The position numbers and the translations under genes are program-made. The notes under the pieces are model-generated. The model was given only the letters and a program-made list of their open reading frames with translations. It had not been told where the DNA came from and did not search any database. From an uncultured beta proteobacterium (GTDB lineage Bacteria; Pseudomonadota; Gammaproteobacteria; Burkholderiales; Burkholderiaceae_C), in assembly GCA_963784775.1 (NCBI GenBank), contig CAWAST010000010.1, positions 81,875 to 145,874 on the forward strand: 64,000 nucleotides of DNA. The letters are read 5' to 3'. Below are positions 33,796-42,534 of this stretch, one piece after another (position 1 is the first letter of the stretch; each line of letters begins with the position of its first letter).

Positions 33796-34355
33796 GCATC
33801 AATCTCCATCCACAAGGCATCAAGGCTTTCAATCTGCGTCGACGTCCCTGCAGGCACGGCCTGCCACGCCAGGCTGTGCGGCTTAAGCTCCAAAACATCG
33901 TGATCAAATTGCACTCTAGCCCTCGTTGATATTGCATAGATAGCTACTGTTTTAGGAGCAGTCAGAACTTGCTCCAGGCTGCCTCTCACTCGCAGCATCT
34001 TCGTCGATGCTTCGGCGCGGCGCACCATCAGGTTGAAGTCCTGCGTGGCGCCATCGATCAGCTGGCACTGCACAGGGCTCGCTCCGTCAAACTCGAAGGG
34101 CTCGCTCTCACAGGTCAAGCGGCGCACCCCGCCTGCCACGTCCAGCGTGACGCCCTCACCGCCGAGCACGGCAAACCAGCGCTGCATCCCCTCAAAGGTA
34201 GAGAACGGCCCGTTTTGACTGATCTGCGCCACCGACATGCGCCAAGTCCACTCGGGCGTCCCCTTTGGCCAAACGACAAGTTCGCGGGTCACGCCACCAC
34301 CGTTGCGCCAGAGGCTGGCGGCAACTTCGCTCAATTGAACCAGATTCCAGCTCAT
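33792..34355 (-). CDS. hutD: HutD family protein
   Basis: ORF 33792..34487 trimmed to ATG 34355 ([30 protein letters not shown]). ATGA overlaps with hutC upstream and hutI downstream. Confidence 0.75.
   Translation of the reverse strand: MSWNLVQLSEVAASLWRNGGGVTRELVVWPKGTPEWTWRMSVAQISQNGPFSTFEGMQRWFAVLGGEGVTLDVAGGVRRLTCESEPFEFDGASPVQCQLIDGATQDFNLMVRRAEASTKMLRVRGSLEQVLTAPKTVAIYAISTRARVQFDHDVLELKPHSLAWQAVPAGTSTQIESLDALWMEIDA
33914..33959 (-). repeat. dispersed ~48-nt repeat, copy 3 (inside the hutD reading frame)
   Basis: rc = GCTCCTAAAACAGTAGCTATCTATGCAATATCAACGAGGGCTAGAG, read in frame as [15 protein letters not shown]; local AT-rich patch. Confidence 0.6.
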
Positions 34356-35071
34356 AACTGAAACTGCCCACTGAAGCTGTAGCGGGCACCCGGGTAGACC
34401 AGCCGCACCCGGCTGGCCACAACAGCCCCGCTGACCGTGCGCCGCGTCATCATCAGGCAGGGCTCGCTGCGCTTGATGCCCAGCCATTTGGCCTGCTGCG
34501 GCTCAGGCACAACAGCCTCGATGGTGTAGTTCGCCTCCGTCAAGGGCGCGTGCTCCAGCAGGTAGCGTGTGGGCGTGATCGCAGAGAAATCAGCCTGCAG
34601 AAAATTGGGTGCCGCAAGCGGATTGACATAGCGATCCTCCAGCTGGATGGGCTGCCCATCCTCGCAATGCACCAGCACGGTGTGAAACACCTCGGCACCC
34701 GTTGCCAAGCCAAGGATCTGCGCCAGAACGACCTCTGCGCTCACGGATTCGAGCTTGAGAACCTGGCTGCTGTGCGCATGGCCACGCTCCAGAATTTCTT
34801 CATGAATGTCACGCACCACCAGCTGGCTGGAGATGCGATGCAGCTGCGCCACCACCGTCCCCGAGCCCTGCACGCGCGTCACCAGCCCTTCGACGGCCAG
34901 CTCCTTGACCGCGCGGTTGACCGTCATGCGGCTGACGCCAAACTGTTGCTGCAATTCGGCTTCACTGGGCACGGCGTCACCGGGCCGCCAAGCCCCGGCG
35001 TTGATCCGGGCCTTCACGAAGGCCTTGACCTGTTCGTAGGCCGGTAGTTGATGAGTCTTCACTTGGGGCAT
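34352..35071 (-). CDS. hutC: histidine utilisation repressor (GntR/HutC family)
   Basis: ORF 34352..35116; ATG 35071 (MPQVKTHQLPAYEQVK...) preferred. SEAELQQQFGVSRMTVNRAVKEL wHTH, UTRA C-terminal domain. Confidence 0.85.
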   Translation of the reverse strand: MPQVKTHQLPAYEQVKAFVKARINAGAWRPGDAVPSEAELQQQFGVSRMTVNRAVKELAVEGLVTRVQGSGTVVAQLHRISSQLVVRDIHEEILERGHAHSSQVLKLESVSAEVVLAQILGLATGAEVFHTVLVHCEDGQPIQLEDRYVNPLAAPNFLQADFSAITPTRYLLEHAPLTEANYTIEAVVPEPQQAKWLGIKRSEPCLMMTRRTVSGAVVASRVRLVYPGARYSFSGQFQL

Positions 35072-35108
35072 GACGCGTGTGTTTTTCGGGCTCAGGGTTT
35101 TCCCCGTA

Positions 35109-35131
35109 TTGTACAAGTTGTATAGACAACT
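35109..35131. promoter_or_regulatory. candidate HutC operator(s) in the hutC / hutU divergent region
   Basis: TTGTACAA (perfect 8-bp palindrome) overlapping AGTTGTATAGACAACT (6-bp arms AGTTGT/ACAACT); GntR/HutC-type sites are GT..AC palindromes. Confidence 0.4.
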
Positions 35132-35182
35132 ATACTATCCGCACAAACCCTTAATTGCACACACTGACACCAGAGCCCGATC

Positions 35183-36890
35183 ATGTCCAACCTTTCACGC
35201 TCACGTTTTCCCGACAGCCAAGCCCGCCCGGTCCGCGCGCCGCGTGGCACCGCCCTCACCTGCGCCAACTGGCAAATCGAAGCAGCCTACCGCATGCTGC
35301 AAAACAACCTCGACCCCGAAGTGGCCGAGAACCCGGATGAGCTGGTGGTGTACGGCGGCATTGGCAAGGCGGCGCGCAACTGGGCCTGCTTTGATGGCAT
35401 TCTCGATTCCCTGCGCAAGCTCCAGCCCAACGAGACGCTGCTGGTGCAAAGCGGCAAGCCGGTGGGCGTGTTTCGTACCCATGCCGATGCGCCACGGGTG
35501 CTGATCGCCAATTCAAACCTGGTGCCCAAATGGGCCAACTGGGAGCATTTCAACGAACTCGACCGCAAGGGCCTGATGATGTACGGCCAGATGACGGCGG
35601 GCAGCTGGATTTACATTGGCTCGCAAGGCATCGTGCAAGGCACTTACGAAACTTTCGTGGAAGCCGGTCGCCAGCACTTCAACGGCGATCTGACCGGGCG
35701 CTGGGTGTTGACCGCAGGCCTGGGGGGCATGGGCGGCGCGCAGCCACTGGCCGCCACCTTTGCTGGCGCCTGCTCACTGAACATCGAGTGCCAGCAAAGT
35801 TCGATCGACTTTCGTCTGCGCACCCGCTATGTGGATGAACAAGCCACCGATCTGGACGACGCCCTGGCCCGCATCGCCAAGTACACGGCAGAGAAGAAAG
35901 CTGTGTCCATAGCCTTGTGCGGCAACGCCGCGGACATCGTGCCCGAACTCGTCAAGCGCGCCAAGGCCGGTGACATCCGCCCCGACATCGTGACCGACCA
36001 GACCTCGGCCCACGACATCATCAACGGCTATTTGCCTTCGGGCTGGAGCGTGGAACGGTGGAAAGCCGCGCAAAAAGACCCGAGCCAACATGCTGCGCTG
36101 ACGCAGGCCGCCGGACAATCCTGCGCCGTGCATGTGCAAGCCATGCTGGAGTTTCACGCCATGGGCATTCCGACGGTGGACTATGGCAACAACTTGCGCC
36201 AGGTGGCCAAGGACTTTGGCGTGACCAACGCCTTTGACTACCCCGGCTTCGTGCCGACCTACGTGCGCCCGCTCTTTTGCCGGGGCGTGGGCCCCTTCCG
36301 CTGGGTGGCCTTGAGCGGCGATCCGCGAAGATATCAAAAAGACCGACGCCAAGATGAAAGAGCTGTTCCCGCACAACGCGGGCCTGCATCGCTGGCTGGA
36401 CATGGCGCAGGAGCGCATCGCCTTCCAGGGCCTGCCCGCGCGCATTTGCTGGATCGGTCTGGGCGAGCGGCATCTGGCCGGTCTGGCGTTCAACGAGATG
36501 GTCAAAAGCGGCGAGCTCAAGGCCCCCATCGTCATTGGCCGCGACCACTTGGACAGTGGTTCGGTGGCCTCGCCCAACCGCGAGACCGAAGCCATGAAAG
36601 ACGGCAGCGACGCTGTGAGCGACTGGCCACTGCTCAACGCGCTGCTCAACACCGCCAGTGGCGCCACCTGGGTCAGCCTGCACCACGGCGGCGGGGTGGG
36701 CATGGGGTATTCCCAGCACTCCGGTGTCGTGATTGTTTGTGACGGCACGCCCGAAGCCGCAGAGCGCCTTGAACGCGTGTTGTGGAACGACCCGGCCACC
36801 GGTGTCATGCGCCACGCCGACGCGGGCTACGAAATTGCCGAAAACTGTGCCCGTGAGCACGCCCTGAACCTGCCCATGAAAGCCCACTAA
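35183..36890 (+). pseudogene. hutU: urocanate hydratase, split by a +1 frameshift near 36324-36326
   Basis: Frame A (35183..) is urocanase up to ...[10 protein letters not shown], then turns into an Arg/Gln/Pro-rich nonsense tail. Frame B (ORF 36354..36890), extended back to 36327, reads [42 protein letters not shown]...HHGGGVGMG...RHADAGY, which is the normal C-terminus. Confidence 0.85.
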
Positions 36891-36891
36891 C

Positions 36892-38520
36892 ATGTCCAAC
36901 CCTCTCACCCTTGCGCCCGGCCACTTCACCCTGGAGCAATTGCAATCCATTCACACTGAAGTGGTGCAACTGACGCTACCCCAGGCCAGCTGCGACGTCA
37001 TTCGAGCCAGCCAGCAAGTGGTGCAACGCGCCGCCGATGGCGACGCTCCGATCTATGGCGTCAACACCGGCTTTGGCAAGCTCGCCAACCAGCGCATCAG
37101 CAAGGCCCAACTGGAGACCCTTCAACTCAACCTGATTCGCTCACACAGCGTGGGCGTGGGCGCACCGCTGGCGCCCGAAGTGGTGCGGCTAATGCTCGCG
37201 CTTAAGGCGGCCAGCCTGGCGCGTGGATACTCCGGCGTGCGCGAAGTGGTGATCGACACCCTGCTGGCGGTGCACAACGCGGGCCTGGTGCCCTACATTC
37301 CGTCGCAAGGCTCGGTGGGTGCCTCGGGCGATCTGGCGCCGCTGGCGCACATGACGCTGGCACTGATTGGCGAAGGCGACATGCTGCAGGACGGCCAGCG
37401 CATCCCGGCCGCAAAGGCCCTGCAACAGGCAGGCATTGCACCCTTGACACTCGGTGCCAAGGAAGGCCTGGCGCTGATCAACGGCACCCAGACCTCAACT
37501 GCCCTGGCGCTGCATGCGCTGTTCAGCTTTGAACCCGTGTTGGAAGCTGCGCTGGTGATCGGCGCACTGACGGTGGACGCGGCGCGCGGCAGCGATGGTC
37601 CGTTTGACCCGCGCATTCACGCCCTGCGCGGCCAACCAGGCCAGATCGACGTGGCCGAGTACTACCGGGCACTGCTCAAAGGCAGCGCCATTCGCCACTC
37701 GCACCTGGACGGCGATGACCGTGTGCAAGACCCCTACAGCCTGCGCTGCCAACCCCAGGTGGTGGGCGCCTGCCTGGATCAACTGCGCCACTGCGCTCAA
37801 GTGCTGCTGCGCGAGGCCAATGCGGTGACCGACAACCCGCTGGTGTTCGCGCAAGACGGGGCAATGGATCTGGCGCTGGGCCGCCCCAAGCCAGATCAAG
37901 TCCCCCCGGGGGGCAGCGACCCTGGGGAGCGTGGGGGCTGCATGATCTCTGGCGGAAACTTTCACGCCGAACCGGTCGCGCTGGCCGCCGATGGCATGGC
38001 ATTGGCAATTGCCGAAGTGGGCGCGATTGCCGAGCGCCGCATCGCCATGCTGATCGACAGCAGTGTCTCGCGCCTGCCCGCCTTCCTGACAGCCGATGCC
38101 GGGCTGAACAGCGGCTTCATGATCGCCCACGTGACCGCTGCTGCGCTGGCCTCGGAAAACAAGTCGCTGGCCCACCCCGCCAGCGTGGACAGCCTGCCCA
38201 CCAGTGCAAACCAGGAAGATCACGTGTCCATGGCCACGTTCGCGGCGCGGCGCCTGCAGGCCATGATCAGCAATACTGCCAATATTCTGGGCATCGAGTT
38301 GCTGGCCGCGGCGCAGGGCATTGAGTTTTTGCGGCCCCTGGCCAGCTCGCAGGCTCTGGAGCAGGCCCACGCGCTCCTGCGTGAGACGGTGCCCGCGATG
38401 GCGCAGGACCGCTTTTTAGCCCCGGACATCGAGCACGCCACGACGCTGGTGCGCCACGGTGCGCTGTCACGCATCTTCCGCACGCTGAGCGGTTTGCCGC
38501 CGCTGTGGATTGCGGCCTGA
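36892..38520 (+). CDS. hutH: histidine ammonia-lyase (with a 26-aa internal insertion)
   Basis: 542 aa; [14 protein letters not shown] (MIO-forming ASG), [10 protein letters not shown] ... [13 protein letters not shown] 78-nt extra segment sits at 37867-37944. Confidence 0.9.
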   Translation: MSNPLTLAPGHFTLEQLQSIHTEVVQLTLPQASCDVIRASQQVVQRAADGDAPIYGVNTGFGKLANQRISKAQLETLQLNLIRSHSVGVGAPLAPEVVRLMLALKAASLARGYSGVREVVIDTLLAVHNAGLVPYIPSQGSVGASGDLAPLAHMTLALIGEGDMLQDGQRIPAAKALQQAGIAPLTLGAKEGLALINGTQTSTALALHALFSFEPVLEAALVIGALTVDAARGSDGPFDPRIHALRGQPGQIDVAEYYRALLKGSAIRHSHLDGDDRVQDPYSLRCQPQVVGACLDQLRHCAQVLLREANAVTDNPLVFAQDGAMDLALGRPKPDQVPPGGSDPGERGGCMISGGNFHAEPVALAADGMALAIAEVGAIAERRIAMLIDSSVSRLPAFLTADAGLNSGFMIAHVTAAALASENKSLAHPASVDSLPTSANQEDHVSMATFAARRLQAMISNTANILGIELLAAAQGIEFLRPLASSQALEQAHALLRETVPAMAQDRFLAPDIEHATTLVRHGALSRIFRTLSGLPPLWIAA

Positions 38521-38671
38521 CGCGACCGTCAATTCAATCTGGGAGGGTCGGCCTACCGGGTCGTGGTCACACCGGGCTGGGAGCTTGGGCGGCCGAGCGT
38601 TCTGCTCCGTGTCCGCCGGCCTGCGGCCTCCCCTTTTTTCACCTGCGCAGAACGCTCCGCCGCCCAGAGTC

Positions 38672-40276
38672 CTAAATTCTCTCCACGATCGAGGCGCCGG
38701 CCTGAACCACAAAACTGGCCAGGGTCTCAATCCGGGTGTCCTGGCGAGTCACGTCGTCCACCACCCGAAGCGTGGTGGTGAGACGCTGCGGGATGAACTC
38801 GGCCACGCCGTAGCCCCGGCGCTGCGCATCCGCATAAATAAAGTGCAGGTTCTCGGCCAGCCGGTCGGCCGTCTTGGCGTTGGTGCCGGAGTGCGAACTG
38901 ATGCTGGTGCCACAAAACTCAACGCCCACATTGGCGCTGCCCGGATCGGCATAGTCGGCCTTGACATGGCCGACCCAGTTTTGATGGACGTCACCGCCCA
39001 GAATCACCGGGTTGGCTACGTGATGTTGTGCCAAGGCTTTGGTCAAGCGGGTCCGAGCGGCGGGGTAGCCATCCCAGCCGTCGTTCGACAGCGTTTGTCC
39101 CGGACCACGCTTGACATCGCGCTGGCCAAACAGCGTTGACTGCCCGATCACATTCCAGCATGACTCGCGGGTCTGGGGGCCTGCGAACTCCCGCTCCAGC
39201 CAGCGCTCCTGCTCAGTGCCCAGGATGCTGCGTGCAGGGTCGTTCCACTGCGGGCAATGGGCGGGATTGAGGGCACTCGACCCCAACGCACCGTCCTTAG
39301 TGCAGGCCTGGGGATCCTTGTATTGGCGGGCATCGAGCAGGTACAGGCTGGCCAGGCGCCCAAACTGAAGGCGTGCGTAAATGCGCATCTCGGCGCCAGT
39401 CAAGAGCCCCTGCAAACCCTGGGTCAGGGCGGAAGATCGAATTGGCATGTGCTCGTAGTACGCCTGATAGGCCGCAGCCCGACGCGCCAGAAAATCTGCC
39501 GGCGAGGACGGGTCGGTAAACCCGCTGTTGCCGGGCGTACGACCCGCATAGTCGTTCTGCACCTCATGGTCATCCCAGGTCATGAGCCAGGGACAGGCCG
39601 CATGCATAGCCTGCAGGTCCGGATCGCTCTTGTAGAGGGCGTAGCGTTGGCGATAGTCGTCCAGACCCACCACCCACCCACCCGATGGCACGCGAACTTT
39701 GCTCCGGGTGCCGGGATACTCATAGATGTAGTCGCCCAAAAACATCACCGCATCGAGGTTTTCAGCCCGCATGTGGCGCCAGGCGGTGAAATAACCGTCC
39801 TCCCACTTCTGGCAGGATGCGTAAGCCAGTCGGAGCCGCGATGCCAGCGCCTCAGGCCTGGGAAATGTGCGTGTGCGCCCCACCGGGCTGACGGCGTCAC
39901 CCGCGATGAACCGGTAAAAATACCAGCGATCGGGTTCCAGCCCGCTGATTTCCACGTGGACTGAATGCGCAAACGCGGGTTGGGCCAGCGCTTGACCGCT
40001 TTGCACCAAGCGGCTGAATTTGTCGTCGTGGGCCAACTCCCATCGAACCGTCACTGCCTCGCGAGCCAGGGCGCTAAGCCGCAACTCGGGCGCCAGCAGG
40101 CGGGTCCAAAGCACCACTGAATCGTGAGTGGGCGAGCCACTGGCCACGCCCAGGGCAAACGGATCGACGCCAAGGCGCGAACCACTGTGCCCGGTGCCTG
40201 GCAGGCACATTGCTGCGGCTCCAAGACCTGCCCGCTGAAGCAGCGCTCGGCGCGCGGGCGAGTGCCGGTCGCTCAT
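38672..40276 (-). CDS. phoD: alkaline phosphatase D family protein (Tat-exported)
   Basis: 534 aa; twin-arginine SPARRALLQRAGLGAAAM; WDDHEVQND metallophosphatase motif. Confidence 0.85.
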   Translation of the reverse strand: MSDRHSPARRALLQRAGLGAAAMCLPGTGHSGSRLGVDPFALGVASGSPTHDSVVLWTRLLAPELRLSALAREAVTVRWELAHDDKFSRLVQSGQALAQPAFAHSVHVEISGLEPDRWYFYRFIAGDAVSPVGRTRTFPRPEALASRLRLAYASCQKWEDGYFTAWRHMRAENLDAVMFLGDYIYEYPGTRSKVRVPSGGWVVGLDDYRQRYALYKSDPDLQAMHAACPWLMTWDDHEVQNDYAGRTPGNSGFTDPSSPADFLARRAAAYQAYYEHMPIRSSALTQGLQGLLTGAEMRIYARLQFGRLASLYLLDARQYKDPQACTKDGALGSSALNPAHCPQWNDPARSILGTEQERWLEREFAGPQTRESCWNVIGQSTLFGQRDVKRGPGQTLSNDGWDGYPAARTRLTKALAQHHVANPVILGGDVHQNWVGHVKADYADPGSANVGVEFCGTSISSHSGTNAKTADRLAENLHFIYADAQRRGYGVAEFIPQRLTTTLRVVDDVTRQDTRIETLASFVVQAGASIVERI

Positions 40277-40557
40277 TTTGAGGATGGGTGCACGGCGACG
40301 CTACCGCCAACCCGCGCAAAAGCGAAGGTTACGGCATCATCCACCGACTTTTCGATCGAATCGCGCTCGGGCGCTGCCAAGTAAAACAACATGTCGACAT
40401 CATGAACAACGTAGCGCGGGGGCAATCGGTTTAGCGCAACGCAGGCCACGTCCGTGAACATGTCCGGCGTGAAACCGGGATAGGCGCCAGAGCGTCGCAC
40501 CACCTCGTCAAACACCAGACGCTCAAAATAGTTGTGAACTTCCTCGAAATTGATCAC
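40273..40557 (-). CDS. ComFB-like (late competence development protein family) small protein
   Basis: 94 aa, GTG start with AAGGG SD. (V)INFEEVHNYFERLVFDEVV...DVACVALNRLPPRYV matches the ComFB-family pattern as recalled. Stop overlaps the phoD ATG (ATGA). Confidence 0.55.
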   Translation of the reverse strand: MINFEEVHNYFERLVFDEVVRRSGAYPGFTPDMFTDVACVALNRLPPRYVVHDVDMLFYLAAPERDSIEKSVDDAVTFAFARVGGSVAVHPSSK

Positions 40558-40808
40558 CGCAACCCTTTCAATGCGACGCGGCCACCAGCCGAATCGTGCA
40601 GAACGTTAGCAGTTCCGACAGGGCTTGACAAGGCATACTTGTCCACATAATTTGATAGGCAAACCCTTAGAACCAGCTATGAATCTTGTAGCGCCCTACA
40701 ATCTGCGTTATAGTTTACTGTCACACTGGAAACGCCGGGCGCCAAAATCAATTTCACGCCTTGTTTCAAACTCCAGTGAGCCGTTCAAGCCTTGAGGAGA
40801 GTCACAAT

Positions 40809-41120
40809 ATGAGTTCAAAAGAAAATGCCGCCGTCGGTCAACTTCTGGGTCTGCTGGAGTCACGGTACGCCATTCGGGTGCTGTGGGCCTTGCGGGACGG
40901 CCACGCGCAAACCTTCCGGTTGCTGCAAGACAGCGTAGGCGGCATTACCCCCAATACCCTGAACACTCGAATCAAGGAAATGCGCCAGGCCGGGCTGATC
41001 AATCACGGAAAAGAAGGCTACGTCGTGACTTCCCTTGGCGCAGACCTGCTCAAGCGACTGGGCGATATCCCGGCATTTGCCAACAAATGGGCCACCAGTC
41101 TGGCCAAAAAATCCGCCTGA
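40809..41120 (+). CDS. HxlR family transcriptional regulator
   Basis: ATG 40809 after GAGGAGAG. ...YAIRVLWALRDGHAQTFRLLQDSVGGITPNTLNTRIKEMRQAGLI wHTH. Confidence 0.75.
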   Translation: MSSKENAAVGQLLGLLESRYAIRVLWALRDGHAQTFRLLQDSVGGITPNTLNTRIKEMRQAGLINHGKEGYVVTSLGADLLKRLGDIPAFANKWATSLAKKSA

Positions 41121-41282
41121 ACGCCCTGCGCCGTTGAGCCCTGACGAAAATCAGGGTTGGCAAATGAGCGCCCCTGGACGCTCCGTGGGGGGTCTCTTCC
41201 ATTCGCTCTCGCTGGGTACGCCCTGAAATGTTGGGCGGGCGGGCCGTTGTCGCCCCGCTGGCATAATTACCGGTTTTTCCGG

Positions 41283-41328
41283 TTGCAGGCCTTGTCATAC
41301 AGGCACAAATCGCTCATAAATTTATAGC
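41283..41328 (-). repeat. dispersed ~48-nt repeat, copy 4
   Basis: rc = GCTATAAATTTATGAGCGATTTGTGCCTGTATGACAAGGCCTGCAA; 17 nt upstream of the FKBP gene ATG, antisense to it. Confidence 0.65.
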
Positions 41329-41345
41329 AATCTCAAGGACACATC

Positions 41346-41705
41346 ATGAACATGACTACCACCGCATCTGGACTGCAATTCAAAGACACTCTCGTCGGAT
41401 CAGGCGCTACCGCCGCCAAGGGCCAAAACGTCACGGTTCACTACACGGGCTGGCTCTTCAACGACGGTGTCCAGGGCGCCAAGTTCGATTCCAGCCGGGA
41501 CCGCAACGATCCCTTCGTGTTCTCGCTGGGCGCTGGCATGGTGATTCGGGGCTGGGACGAAGGCGTCACGGGCATGATGGTCGGCGGCACCCGCACGCTC
41601 ATCATTCCTGCAGCGCTTGGCTACGGTGCCCGCGGTGCCGGTGGCGTAATTCCTCCCAACGCCACCCTGAAATTCGATGTTGAACTGCTGGGCGTGGCCC
41701 TCTGA
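41346..41705 (+). CDS. FKBP-type peptidyl-prolyl cis-trans isomerase
   Basis: 119 aa; VTVHYTGWL..G..FDSSRDR..PF.F.LG.G.VI.GWDEGV.GM.VGG.R.L.IP..LGYG. Confidence 0.88.
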   Translation: MNMTTTASGLQFKDTLVGSGATAAKGQNVTVHYTGWLFNDGVQGAKFDSSRDRNDPFVFSLGAGMVIRGWDEGVTGMMVGGTRTLIIPAALGYGARGAGGVIPPNATLKFDVELLGVAL

Positions 41706-41759
41706 GCCGTACAGATTGTCCTAAGTTCGGCCCACCGGCGGGGCCCGGTCGAACTCTGA

Positions 41760-41789
41760 CCCTTGAATCGCCGGACAACGCCCCCAAGT
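41760..41789 (+). promoter_or_regulatory. sigma32 (RpoH)-type promoter upstream of grpE
   Basis: CCCTTGAA -13 nt- CCCCCAAGT, compared with consensus CTTGAA-N13-15-CCCCATNT. Confidence 0.55.
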
Positions 41790-41825
41790 TGGGGCGTGTC
41801 GTAATTGAATTTTCACCCAACCCTC

Positions 41826-42404
41826 ATGTCTGAAACCAATCCACCCCAACCAGGTTCCACCCCACCCGCACCAAGCACGGCCACCACCGAGCTTTACCAG
41901 AGCGCCACGACGGCGCCCAATGTCGGCGCGGAGACCGATCCACTGGCACGGGCTCATGCCGAACTCTCAGAGTTGCAGGCCAAGAGCAGCGACCTCGCAG
42001 ATCAGTTCCTGCGCGCCAAGGCCGAGGCCGAAAACGCCCGGCGTCGTGCTGAGGAGGATGTCTCCAAAGCCCGCAAATTCGCCGTGGAGAGCTTTGCCGA
42101 GAGCTTGCTGCCCGTGGCAGACAGTCTGGAAGCCGGATTGATCATCAAGGACGCCACTGCCGACCAGCTGCGTGAGGGCTCTCAAGCCACCCTGCGCCAG
42201 TTGCTCTCGGCCCTGGAACGCAACAAGGTCATCGCGATCAACCCGGCGGTGGGCGCCAAGTTTGATCCGCACCAGCACCAGGCCATCACTGTGGTGCCCT
42301 GCGAGCAGGAAGCCAACACCGTGGTCACTGTGCTGCAAAAAGGGTACTCCATTGCAGAGCGCATCCTGCGCCCCGCTTTGGTGACGGTCGCGGCACCAAA
42401 ATAA
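41826..42404 (+). CDS. grpE: nucleotide exchange factor GrpE
   Basis: ATG 41826 (MSETNPPQ...) in ORF 41805..42404. [28 protein letters not shown]. Confidence 0.92.
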   Translation: MSETNPPQPGSTPPAPSTATTELYQSATTAPNVGAETDPLARAHAELSELQAKSSDLADQFLRAKAEAENARRRAEEDVSKARKFAVESFAESLLPVADSLEAGLIIKDATADQLREGSQATLRQLLSALERNKVIAINPAVGAKFDPHQHQAITVVPCEQEANTVVTVLQKGYSIAERILRPALVTVAAPK

Positions 42405-42416
42405 TCGCTTTGGACG

Positions 42417-42444
42417 CTTGAATATTTCAAGGTTGTCCGCAAGT
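42417..42444 (+). promoter_or_regulatory. sigma32-type promoter upstream of dnaK
   Basis: CTTGAA -14 nt- CCGCAAGT. Confidence 0.45.
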
Positions 42445-42534
42445 CAAACACATCTGAAACGTCAAACTGTTGCGGGACAGGCCGCCAGCTGCCCAGGCAG
42501 ACCCGCACTGTCCTTCACTACTTAAGGAAGAATC

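Noticed and set aside
36354-36890. Stand-alone 178-aa ORF downstream of the truncated hutU.
   Set aside because: It is not an independent gene. It is the urocanase C-terminus displaced by the frameshift, and homology continues upstream of its ATG to 36327.
38521-38671. Inverted repeat GAGCGTTCTGC...GCAGAACGCTC with an internal CTTTTTTC tract between convergent hutH and phoD.
   Set aside because: The loop is ~45 nt and the T-tract lies inside the loop rather than after the stem. This is not a convincing intrinsic terminator, so it was not called as a feature.
38811-38855. TAGCCCCGGCGCTGCGCATCCGCATAAATAAAG in phoD, resembling the repeat tail.
   Set aside because: It lacks the GCTAT-N7-ATAGC head and lies in a well-conserved PhoD coding segment. 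This is probably chance similarity.
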